This document shows positions 31,309 to 40,202 of a stretch of DNA of 64,000 nucleotides, piece after piece. Every line of letters begins with the position of its first letter. Within the stretch, counting starts at the first letter, position 1. The notes under the pieces are model-generated. The model searched no databases and was not told the DNA's origin. It saw nothing but the letters and a program-made list of their open reading frames with translations. A program made the position numbers and the translations under genes. The DNA comes from Patescibacteria group bacterium (GTDB taxonomy: Bacteria > Patescibacteriota > Patescibacteriia > UBA2196), in the NCBI GenBank assembly GCA_028748975.1, contig JAQTPI010000001.1, positions 64,354 through 128,353 of the forward strand. Reading direction: 5' to 3'.

Positions 31309-33198
31309 ATGCCAAAAATTATCGGAATCGATCTTGGTACAACCAATTCCTGCGTTGCCATCATGGAAGGTGGCGCGCCAAAAATTTTGGAAAACAAAGA
31401 AGGCAACCGCACCACGCCCTCCATTGTCGCCATGAGCAAATCCGGCGAACGATTGGTCGGTCTTTTGGCCAAGCGCCAAGCCGTCACCAACCCCACCAAT
31501 ACTTTGTTTTCCATCAAGCGCTTAATCGGCCGCCATTTTGACGATGCCGAAGTTCAGCGCGACATCAAGACCATGCCGTTTAAAATCAAGCAGGCCGGCG
31601 CCGGCGTGAAAGTGGAAATGAGCGGTAAAGATTACACTCCGCAGGAAATTTCCGCCATGGTTTTGCAAAAAATCAAAGCTGATGTGGAGGAAAAACTTGG
31701 TGAAAAGATTGAAGAAGCGGTCATCACTGTGCCGGCATATTTTGATGATTCGCAAAGACAAGCGACCAAAGAAGCTGGAGAAATCGCTGGGCTAAAAGTG
31801 CGCCGAATTATTAATGAACCGACCGCGGCTGCTTTGGCTTATGGTTTTGATAAAAAGAAAGGCCAGCAAATTGCCGTCTACGATTTGGGCGGCGGAACTT
31901 TTGATATTTCCATTTTGGATATTTCGGCCGATACGGTGGAAGTAAAATCCACCAATGGCGACACGCATCTTGGCGGCGACGATTTTGACCAAAAAATTAT
32001 GAACTGGATTTTGGATGAATTCAAAAAACAGGAAGGCATTGATTTAAGCAAAGACCCGATGGCTCTCCAGCGCGTCAAAGAAGCGGCGGAAAAAGCTAAA
32101 ATTGAACTTTCCACCGCGCAGGAAACGGAAATTAATCAGCCCTTTATCACTTCCGGCGCCGAAGGCCCCAAACATTTGCTTTTGAAAATGAGCCGCGCCA
32201 AATTGGAAGAATTGGTGGGTGAATTTGTAGAAAAAACTTTGGAGCCAGTCAAAAAAGCCTTGTCTGATGCTGGTATGAAAACTGGCGATATTGAAGAAGT
32301 AATTATGGTAGGTGGCATGACCCGAATGCCACTTGTCCAACAAACAGTAGAAAAGTTTTTTGGTAAAAAAGTAAATATGTCGGTTAATCCGGATGAAGTG
32401 GTGGCGGCCGGCGCCGCGGTGCAAGCCGGCGTGCTGCAGGGCGATGTCAAAGATGTTTTGCTTTTGGATGTGACACCCTTAACACTTGGTATTGAAACAC
32501 TGGGTAGCGTGGCCACTCCTTTGATTGAAAGAAACACCACCATCCCGACTTCCAAGTCGCAGGTGTTTTCCACCGCGGCGGACAATCAGCCGAGCGTGGA
32601 AATTCATATCGTTCAAGGCGAACGCTCCATGGCGCATGACAATAAAACTTTGGGCCGGTTTATTTTGGATGGCATCATGCCTTCTCCGCGCGGCATTCCG
32701 CAAATTGAAGTCACTTTTGACATTGATGCTAATGGCATTTTAAACGTCAAAGCCAAAGACAAAGGCACTGGCAAAGAACAGCACATCACCATTACCGCCT
32801 CCACCGGTTTAAACAAAGATGAAATTGAAAAGATGAAAAAAGACGCCGAAGCGCACGCGGAAGAAGACAAAAAAAAGAAAGAGGGGATTGAAATTAAAAA
32901 TCTGGCCGAGACTTTGATTTATTCCACGGAGAAAGCCATGAAAGACGCTGGCGATAAAATTGGCGCTGACATCAAAAAGCCGGTGCAAGAAAAAATTGAG
33001 GCCTTGAAGAAAATTAAAGATGGGGAAGATTTTGAAGCAATTAAAAAAGCCACAGAAGAACTGGCCGGGGCCGCGCAGAAAATTGGGGAAGCGATTTATA
33101 AAACTCAGCAAGCAACTAACAACAAGCAACAGACAACGGAAGAAAAACCGGCTGAAGAAAAAAAGCCGGAAGAGGCGGAGTTTACGGAGAAGAAGTAA
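31309..33198 (+). CDS. dnaK: chaperone DnaK
   Basis: [30 protein letters not shown]. Confidence 0.99.
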   Translation: MPKIIGIDLGTTNSCVAIMEGGAPKILENKEGNRTTPSIVAMSKSGERLVGLLAKRQAVTNPTNTLFSIKRLIGRHFDDAEVQRDIKTMPFKIKQAGAGVKVEMSGKDYTPQEISAMVLQKIKADVEEKLGEKIEEAVITVPAYFDDSQRQATKEAGEIAGLKVRRIINEPTAAALAYGFDKKKGQQIAVYDLGGGTFDISILDISADTVEVKSTNGDTHLGGDDFDQKIMNWILDEFKKQEGIDLSKDPMALQRVKEAAEKAKIELSTAQETEINQPFITSGAEGPKHLLLKMSRAKLEELVGEFVEKTLEPVKKALSDAGMKTGDIEEVIMVGGMTRMPLVQQTVEKFFGKKVNMSVNPDEVVAAGAAVQAGVLQGDVKDVLLLDVTPLTLGIETLGSVATPLIERNTTIPTSKSQVFSTAADNQPSVEIHIVQGERSMAHDNKTLGRFILDGIMPSPRGIPQIEVTFDIDANGILNVKAKDKGTGKEQHITITASTGLNKDEIEKMKKDAEAHAEEDKKKKEGIEIKNLAETLIYSTEKAMKDAGDKIGADIKKPVQEKIEALKKIKDGEDFEAIKKATEELAGAAQKIGEAIYKTQQATNNKQQTTEEKPAEEKKPEEAEFTEKK

Positions 33199-33348
33199 CA
33201 CCGCAGTGTCATCCTGAGTCCCGAGCACTCGGGGCGAAGGATCTCGTTGTAGAATTATGAATTAAGAATTAAGGACGGCGGGCCGACATTCGTCGGCCCG
33301 CCGCAGCTCACGTTTGTCATTCCGGGCTTGACCTGGAATCCAGAAAAA

Positions 33349-33696
33349 ATGAACAAATTTAAATTATTGGCGGATGTTTGTGTAGTGTTCCATTTTTTAT
33401 GGATTGTTTTGATTTTGCTAAGCTTACCGTTAATGTTTGTTTTTGATTTTTTTAAATACATAGCGATACTTCTTATATTTGGCAATATTTTGGCTTGGAT
33501 TGTTTGGAAGGTTTGCCCTTTATTTATTTGGGAGAAAAAATTAAGAGCTAAATATGATAAATCAAAAGTTTATGATGAGGCATTTATCACGCATTATGCT
33601 AAAAAATATTTAGGTATTTATATTTCCACAACAGTAATAAGAATTTTTCTCTATAGCTACGGATTATTAGTTTTAATTATTGCTTTAAATAAATAA
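33349..33696 (+). CDS. membrane protein, DUF2784-like
   Basis: LAD..VVFHF, CPL..WE..LR, FITHY. Confidence 0.65.
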   Translation: MNKFKLLADVCVVFHFLWIVLILLSLPLMFVFDFFKYIAILLIFGNILAWIVWKVCPLFIWEKKLRAKYDKSKVYDEAFITHYAKKYLGIYISTTVIRIFLYSYGLLVLIIALNK

Positions 33697-33740
33697 AAAA
33701 GCCGTCGGTAGCGACGGCTGTGGGTGCTGCGATGAACTAT

Positions 33741-34304
33741 TTATTTCTTTTGACGCATTTTTTGGCAGACCATTTCCGCCAGCTGAAATGTTAATTCCAG
33801 TTTTTTGCGGTGCATTTCGCGCCGCCATTTAGGAAAGATTAATTGTTCAATGTGATATTTCCGATAAGCCGGCCAGTTTCCATGCGCGGTGGGCAAATCT
33901 TCTGGGTAAAGGAAAAAAGCCAAAAGGTAATCATGTTGTCGAAAACCAGGATAGAGAACAGTGTAATGCTCAGCCGCGCCCATTCCTCCGCCGCCGGCAC
34001 CGGGTTCCGAATTCCACGCGCCGTCAATCTCATAAAACTTTTCCCATTGTTTTTCCACCTTTTTCCGCCACTCTTCCCACGCTTCTTCTATTAGTCTTTG
34101 AAAATCATACTTTTCAATTTTCGCGATTTCATTCAAATCCGGCTGCCGACTGATATAATAGAGCACCAAATCCATTACATCGCTAAACTCAATATTTTTT
34201 AGAAAATGGTCGCCCGTATAAACCCTACCCTTGTTTTGCAGAGTCGCGTCCGTGCTCTTTTCAATCAGCTCTAAAACGATTTCTTTTGGTGTTTTGACTG
34301 TCAT
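33741..34304 (-). CDS. hypothetical protein (antisense islet)
   Basis: GAGGGG SD; minus-strand terminator 33695-33719. Confidence 0.7.
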   Translation of the reverse strand: MTVKTPKEIVLELIEKSTDATLQNKGRVYTGDHFLKNIEFSDVMDLVLYYISRQPDLNEIAKIEKYDFQRLIEEAWEEWRKKVEKQWEKFYEIDGAWNSEPGAGGGGMGAAEHYTVLYPGFRQHDYLLAFFLYPEDLPTAHGNWPAYRKYHIEQLIFPKWRREMHRKKLELTFQLAEMVCQKMRQKK

Positions 34305-34342
34305 CAAATCCCCCTCGTTTGTTGTTTTTCCTCTGATGTGAA

Positions 34343-34513
34343 TTAGATAATAAAAACAACCTCTGCGCCGACGAAATTCGCCGCTTCAACCAAAAAATTT
34401 TCATCATCCTTTTTTTGATTGAATTTTTCAGTGTTGATTGAAATTCCATTACTTCTGTTGGCCCTGTCCAGAATATTTTGAATGGTTTGGGGTTTGTTGA
34501 TTTGTTTGGCCAT
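34343..34513 (-). CDS. 56-aa hypothetical protein (not in ORF track)
   Basis: hand translation MAKQINKPQTIQNILDRAN...AEVVFII; AGGAGG SD; promoter 34591-34562. Confidence 0.55.
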   Translation of the reverse strand: MAKQINKPQTIQNILDRANRSNGISINTEKFNQKKDDENFLVEAANFVGAEVVFII

Positions 34514-34609
34514 AAAAACCTCCTTTTGTTTGTTTTTCCTCCCAATATAAATTGTGCTTTTATCTTATCATTAATAATTAAATCCTGTCAAGCGGCAGAA
34601 AATAATATT

Positions 34610-34678
34610 TGTCATTCCGGCCCGAGAGCCGGAATCCAGAAATTGTTTCTCTGGATTCCCGCTTTCGCGGGAATGACA
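34610..34678. repeat. TGTCAT...ATGACA element with ATTCCC-N8-GGGAAT end
   Basis: GTCATTCCGG..GGAATCCAG / CTGGATTCCCGCTTTCGCGGGAATGAC. Confidence 0.85.
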
Positions 34679-34694
34679 AAGAAAGAAAATTTTT

Positions 34695-34973
34695 ATGGAC
34701 AATCAAAATCAAATCCAAATTAAAGATCCTTTTGCTGGTGCCGAATATGCTAATGTGATGAACATTAATTCCAGTAAAGAAGAGTTTTTGTTGAACTTTT
34801 TTAATATTGCCGGTGCGAATGGCAGGGTAGTTGGTAAAATAATCGTCAGCCCCAGGCACTTAAAAAGAATGTCTGGCGTGTTAACTAAAGTATTAAAAGA
34901 TTATGAAGAAAAGTTTGGTAAACTTGAAGAAGCCAATGAACCAAATACGGAAATAGGTTTTAAAGCCGAATAA
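34695..34973 (+). CDS. DUF3467-like protein
   Basis: YAN...EEFLLNF...[10 protein letters not shown]. Confidence 0.75.
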   Translation: MDNQNQIQIKDPFAGAEYANVMNINSSKEEFLLNFFNIAGANGRVVGKIIVSPRHLKRMSGVLTKVLKDYEEKFGKLEEANEPNTEIGFKAE

Positions 34974-35025
34974 AACTGACGAGATCCCACCACCCCACAA
35001 ATGTGGGGTTCGGGATGACAACCAT

Positions 35026-36168
35026 ATGAGTAATAAAAATTATTACGACACTCTCGGCGTTTCCAAAACCGCCACATCAGACGAAATAAAGAAGGCCTTC
35101 AGAAAGCTTGCTCACGAACACCACCCCGACAAAAAAGGCGGCAACGAGGCCAAGTTTAAAGAAATTAACGAGGCCTATCAGGTTTTGGGCAATGAGGAAA
35201 AAAGAAAACAATACGACCAGTTTGGCCAAACTTTTAGTAATGGCGCTGGTGGATTTAATGCAGGCGGATTTAACGGCCAAGGATTTAATTGGCAGGATTT
35301 TGCGCGTCAAGCTGGCGGACAAGGAAATTTTGGCGGGCAAAATTTTGATTTTGATTTGGGCGATATTTTTGGCGATTTTTTTTCCGCCCGAGGCGGATCC
35401 GCCTTTGGCGGAGGTGGGAGACATAAACGTGGCCAACAAAGAAGCGGAGAAGACATTGAAGTCCAAATAAACATTGGTTTTCGTGAAGCGGTTTTTGGCG
35501 CGGAAAAAATTATTTCTTTAGAGCGCCAAGATGTTTGTGAAAAGTGTAATGGTAAAGGACACGAAGCTGGCGTGAAAATTATTACTTGTCCCGAGTGTAA
35601 AGGTGTGGGCCAAGTTCGCCAGGAACAGCGCACAATTTTTGGCGTGTTTGCTTCCGTGGGCGTCTGCCCAACTTGCGCGGGCGTTGGCAAAAAGCCGGAA
35701 AAGTTTTGTTCTAAATGTCATGGCGCTGGCCGAACCAAAAATAAAAAAGAAATTAAAATTGAAATTCCAGCCGGGATTGATGAAGGCCAAAGCATTAAAA
35801 TTTCCAACGCTGGCAACGCGGGCGAAAAGGGGAGCGCTGCCGGTGATTTATATATTTCTTTTCAAATTCGCCCTGATAAAATTTTCACGCGCGAAGGCGA
35901 GAATATTTTGACTAAAATTGAAATAAATATCGCGCAGGCGGCGCTTGGTGATAAAATAGAAGTGGAAACTCTGGACGGAATTGTCGAAATGAAAATTCCC
36001 GAGGGCACGCAATCAGGCAAAATTTTTATTTTGAAAGACAGAGGCGTGCCGATTTTAAACAGCCATGGCAGGGGGGACCAGTTAGTGGAAGTAGTGGTAA
36101 AAATTCCAACAAAATTATCGCGCAAAGAAAAGCAGTTGCTGGAAGAATTGAAAAATGAGTGGCGGTAG
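35026..36168 (+). CDS. dnaJ: chaperone DnaJ
   Basis: HPD motif, G/F-rich region, four CxxCxGxG repeats. Confidence 0.98.
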   Translation: MSNKNYYDTLGVSKTATSDEIKKAFRKLAHEHHPDKKGGNEAKFKEINEAYQVLGNEEKRKQYDQFGQTFSNGAGGFNAGGFNGQGFNWQDFARQAGGQGNFGGQNFDFDLGDIFGDFFSARGGSAFGGGGRHKRGQQRSGEDIEVQINIGFREAVFGAEKIISLERQDVCEKCNGKGHEAGVKIITCPECKGVGQVRQEQRTIFGVFASVGVCPTCAGVGKKPEKFCSKCHGAGRTKNKKEIKIEIPAGIDEGQSIKISNAGNAGEKGSAAGDLYISFQIRPDKIFTREGENILTKIEINIAQAALGDKIEVETLDGIVEMKIPEGTQSGKIFILKDRGVPILNSHGRGDQLVEVVVKIPTKLSRKEKQLLEELKNEWR

Positions 36169-36173
36169 TTTGT

Positions 36174-36220
36174 AGTTTATCCCGAGCGACCTCGTAGGGA
36201 AGTATTGAGCCGAGGGATCT
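36174..36220 (+). repeat. post-stop repeat, copy 4
   Basis: AGTTTATCCCGAGCG...GCCGAGGGATCT. Confidence 0.85.
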
Positions 36221-36352
36221 GGTTTGAGGGTAGAAGGGTAATAAGTAATTTAGTATATAGAAGTAACCGTTTTTGATGGCGTTTGACAGGCCGATAATTA
36301 TATGCTAAGTTTTAATTGGTACATTTAAACCCAAAAACAAAAGGAGGTTTTG

Positions 36353-37189
36353 ATGGGCAGGATCAGGGTAAAATTTTTGGTAGGTGCCATTATTTTAATT
36401 GCTCTTGCATATTTCACCGTTGGTTTTTTTGTCCGGCGTTATTGTGCGGAGTTGGATAGAAAAACCCAACTGCGAGAAAAAGCCAGAACTGAACAAATTG
36501 CTAAAGAGTGGCCAAAAATTTTGGCTGTTGCTAAAAGCAGGGGATTGGTTTGGCACGGCTCGCTGCGTTCAGACAGTAGTCTTTACGACGGTCGCCTTTG
36601 GGAAAGGTTTATTTTTCTGGATACCACTGCGGCGCTTAAACCAATTTGTGGTTTTCCGCGTGGAGCAAAAATTGCCAATAATAATCTAAGATTGATAGTT
36701 GTTGGCTTTGATCCCACCAAACCCGATTCAATTTTGGTAAAAGATGACTACCGCGGAGCAAAAGAGAATTTTTTACCAAAAAATTTTTTACAGGCCGAAG
36801 GTCTTCGCACCATGGCCGAAGCAGGATTTATCGCCAGTAATTTTCGCAAAAGAGTTATTAATCGGCACCCGCGGTTTGGCGGTTGGCCCCTGGACGATAA
36901 TCCATTTTCTCCACTGACTTGCCATTATCCCGAAATTACTGGATATATTAGCCCGGGTGATACAGTGAATGTTTGGTATCGTGTTGATAGTAAAAAATGG
37001 AAGTTCGTGAGTAAGGGCGTGGTGGTAGGGTATTGCCCGTATTTTTATTCCGATTTAAGGTATATTACCGAGTTTTTTATTTTGACTTACGTTTTTAAGA
37101 GTAAAGAACTGGAGATAACGCGCCCGCGTAACCTTCCTCCAGAATCACTTTTCCCCGCTAATCTTTATATTTCTTCTTTATATCACTAA
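36353..37189 (+). CDS. membrane-anchored hypothetical protein (islet)
   Basis: promoter 36283-36311, AGGAGG SD, terminator near 37208-37238. Confidence 0.75.
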   Translation: MGRIRVKFLVGAIILIALAYFTVGFFVRRYCAELDRKTQLREKARTEQIAKEWPKILAVAKSRGLVWHGSLRSDSSLYDGRLWERFIFLDTTAALKPICGFPRGAKIANNNLRLIVVGFDPTKPDSILVKDDYRGAKENFLPKNFLQAEGLRTMAEAGFIASNFRKRVINRHPRFGGWPLDDNPFSPLTCHYPEITGYISPGDTVNVWYRVDSKKWKFVSKGVVVGYCPYFYSDLRYITEFFILTYVFKSKELEITRPRNLPPESLFPANLYISSLYH

Positions 37190-37307
37190 ATAAATTTAGT
37201 TTTCAATCCCGGTTTAGCGTCATCGCCAACCGGGTTTTATTTTTGGCTTAAATAAGCGTACTTGACAGGATTTTTTAGGCATGCTATAATGGGGGTATTG
37301 AATAAAA

Positions 37308-37419
37308 TCAATTCAATCCGCATCCCCAGAAAGAACTTGATGTAATGTAAGCTAATAGTAATATCAATAATTGAGCTTGAACTAACGAAAGTACTTTTTG
37401 GAGATGTGAGTTGGAATGA
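37308..37419 (+). ncRNA. candidate long-hairpin leader or small RNA
   Basis: 31-position stem (23 Watson-Crick, 4 G-U, 4 mismatches) just after promoter 37262-37290. Confidence 0.45.
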
Positions 37420-37457
37420 TTTCTTTGAAAAAACAAAAAACACAAAGGAGGCCGGAG

Positions 37458-37916
37458 ATGGCCAAAATTACGAAGGAACAGATTGGGTTATTAAAAAAAT
37501 TTGGTTTACCGTCAAACCCCGATCTGATTAAAGGAAGAGGATTTTATCTTTATTGCCGTCATTTTATTTCTTTGGATAATCGTTGTTTTGATGACCATGG
37601 GCATGAGTTTTACGGAACAATTACAGGAATTGAATTTCGCCAGCCCGAACTTGGGCGTCACAACAGCATGATGGTTGTGTTGAATACGTCTTGTCATTTG
37701 CATTGTTATGCCACCCCCTCGGAGCCGTTAAGGGTTTTTTGTAGAGGTAGAAATGATTCCGTTGAATGGGGTTTAACTCCAGGATTGTTTATGTCGAACG
37801 CCGAGGAGTCAACGGAAGTGAGTATGAAAAAGGCGGAAGAATATGAAAAAAATATTGTTTTTAAATTTTTTCCTTGGCGTTTTGATTTTTTGAGAAAAGT
37901 TTTAAAAATTTATTAA
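37458..37916 (+). CDS. hypothetical protein (islet)
   Basis: AAGGAGG SD. Confidence 0.7.
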   Translation: MAKITKEQIGLLKKFGLPSNPDLIKGRGFYLYCRHFISLDNRCFDDHGHEFYGTITGIEFRQPELGRHNSMMVVLNTSCHLHCYATPSEPLRVFCRGRNDSVEWGLTPGLFMSNAEESTEVSMKKAEEYEKNIVFKFFPWRFDFLRKVLKIY

Positions 37917-37934
37917 CCAAACAAGGGGGTGTTC

Positions 37935-38186
37935 ATGCTTTTAAAAAAAGGGATTCAGACAGGTAAAACCGAGCCGGAAAAACCGTCGAAGGAAATTCGG
38001 GAAGCCATCAATATGGGCGTTCCGAGGAATCACGTTTCTTCGGCCATCAAGCCCCTACTTCACTCTAGGCCGTTGAGTTTTGCGGACAGAGTGGAACAAT
38101 GGGCCCATCGTCGGCGACAGAGAAGACTGGAACGGCGCGCGGCCAAAGAGGCACGCAAAAAGGCACGGTGCATCGCCACCGCCTGA
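37935..38186 (+). CDS. small basic hypothetical protein
   Basis: AAGGGGG SD, terminator near 38205-38232. Confidence 0.6.
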   Translation: MLLKKGIQTGKTEPEKPSKEIREAINMGVPRNHVSSAIKPLLHSRPLSFADRVEQWAHRRRQRRLERRAAKEARKKARCIATA

Positions 38187-38401
38187 CATTTTCATTCTGT
38201 ATCCACCAGCGGGGCAACCTGCTGGTTTTTTTATTTTCTAATAATGAGGATGTGTAATTATCTCACGATCGTGGGATAATTACACACTTTTATTTTAAAT
38301 TAAAAATTAAAAAAGGCGGTCCGATATTTCATCGGACCGCCCTTACAAAAATTTGTGTATCTGTGAAAATCTGTAATAAATCTGTGTCTATCTGTTTTTT
38401 A

Positions 38402-39346
38402 TTATAGCCACCTCTTCTTCTTAAAATAAAACACCATACAGAGCATGGCCACAAGCATAATTCCAATTATAACCCAAAAATTATACGGGTGGTTAAGGAA
38501 AGGCATGGCATTGGTGGTGTTCATACTGAAGATGGTGGCAAACAGCGTCAGCGGAAAAACAATTACGGAAAAAATCGTCAGTGTTTTAATAATCTGGTTT
38601 AAACGGTGAGAAACCAAGGATTCATGCGTCTCGTACAAAGCATCAATCGTATCTTTGTAATTGGAAAGAAAATCCCAAATGTCTTTGGTGTGGTTGACCA
38701 AATTTTGATAATAACTTTGCAGGCGGTGGGCGGCGAACAGTTTTTGCGAACGATCAATCAGTTTTTGTATCACGCTTTTATGAGCTTGCATGATTTTTCG
38801 AAAAGCAACAATGTTTCTTTTAATGCGCATGATTTCTTTGATAATATCAATTCGGTTGTGGTTGAAGTTGAAAATATTTTTTTCCACTGCGTCAATGTCT
38901 TGGCTTAAATGTGTCAGCATGGGGAAGCAATAATGGAGCAGAGTGTTGAGAATTTCATACATTAAAACCGCCGGATTTTTTTCCTGATAAATTTTTGTCA
39001 GCTTGGAATTTTTTTGATATTTAGCTGCCAGCTCCGCGAGCGGTACTAAATTTTCATTAAAAACCGTCACCACATAATCATGGCCAATGAAAAAATTAAC
39101 CTCGGAAGGATCAACGCAGCCGGTGGCGCGGTTATAAATTGGAAATTGCAGAATCATGAAAAGATAAGAACCGCGGTCGGTCAGTTTTGGCCGCTGGCAG
39201 GGCGGCAGGCAATCAGTCAGGTCTTGTTCCGCAAAATGAAATTCTTTTCCCAATGTTTCCAATTCTTTTTTCGCCGGCAAATCCACCACCACCCATTTTA
39301 ATCCGGTGGGGAAGAAAATTGTTTTGATGTGTTTGGCGTTTAACAT
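38402..39346 (-). CDS. corA: CorA family Mg/Co transporter
   Basis: QRPK, LNQIIKTLT, PLTL...FSMN (GMN variant), two C-terminal TMs. Confidence 0.9.
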   Translation of the reverse strand: MLNAKHIKTIFFPTGLKWVVVDLPAKKELETLGKEFHFAEQDLTDCLPPCQRPKLTDRGSYLFMILQFPIYNRATGCVDPSEVNFFIGHDYVVTVFNENLVPLAELAAKYQKNSKLTKIYQEKNPAVLMYEILNTLLHYCFPMLTHLSQDIDAVEKNIFNFNHNRIDIIKEIMRIKRNIVAFRKIMQAHKSVIQKLIDRSQKLFAAHRLQSYYQNLVNHTKDIWDFLSNYKDTIDALYETHESLVSHRLNQIIKTLTIFSVIVFPLTLFATIFSMNTTNAMPFLNHPYNFWVIIGIMLVAMLCMVFYFKKKRWL

Positions 39347-39557
39347 AAAGGTTTAGTAAATTCCAAGCTCCAAGCACCAATTTCCAAACAGATCTCAAAT
39401 TTCAATGATCAAAATTCAAAACCGTCGCGTCTAGAATTTGGAATTTGATATTTTGAATTTGTTTGTTATTTGGAATTTGGAGCTTGGTGCTTAACCGTAT
39501 GTGGACAATTATATTATACCATTTTTATTAAACATGGTATAATGTTAAAAGAAGGTT

Positions 39558-40022
39558 ATGTCTATTGATGAAATGGAACTGATTAAAAAAGTAGAATATG
39601 AGGCGCCACCGGAGGCGGCGCCGGATTTTGGCGTAGAAAGCGAAACGGGGAAGGGACTGGAAAATAAGCCAGAGGTAATGCCGGAACAAGAAGCGCCGGG
39701 CGCGTTTGCTGGCATTCCGGTACCACTAAGCGCGCCACAGCCAACAGCCAAAGACCCTGTTGTTGCGAGCGTGGAAAACATTTTGGAAGAAAATTTGGCC
39801 GATCTTTACATAAATTTATCGCCCCAAGAGCAAGCGCGATTCAAAGCCAAGGGCGAAGAAACCACCAAAAAAATTGTGGAGCTTTTGCGCTCTGCCAAAG
39901 CCACTTTCAAAAAAATATTCAATCTGATTTTCGGCTGGCTGAAAATCATTCCCGGCATTAATAAATTTTTCATGGAACAGGAAGCCAAAATCAAGGCAGA
40001 TAAAATAATCAAGCTACATTAA
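39558..40022 (+). CDS. hypothetical protein
   Basis: 154 aa, acidic/Pro-rich N-terminus, helical C-terminus. Confidence 0.8.
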   Translation: MSIDEMELIKKVEYEAPPEAAPDFGVESETGKGLENKPEVMPEQEAPGAFAGIPVPLSAPQPTAKDPVVASVENILEENLADLYINLSPQEQARFKAKGEETTKKIVELLRSAKATFKKIFNLIFGWLKIIPGINKFFMEQEAKIKADKIIKLH

Positions 40023-40046
40023 TTGTTAGATTGTTGAATTGTTAAA

Positions 40047-40168
40047 CAACCACCCCGGCTCGGTCTGTTGACCTCGCCAACCCCTCCTTCGAAAGGAGGG
40101 GATATTGGTCGCTATCCTCCCCTTTCGAAGGGGAGGTGTTCCGCCGCAGCGGAACGGAGGGGTTGTAA
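40047..40168. repeat. CCCCTCC/GGAGGGG double-hairpin element
   Basis: 40113-40168 is the exact reverse complement of 57706-57761. Confidence 0.9.
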
Positions 40169-40202
40169 TAATTGAACAATTTAGCAATTTAGCAATTAAA
40201 TA

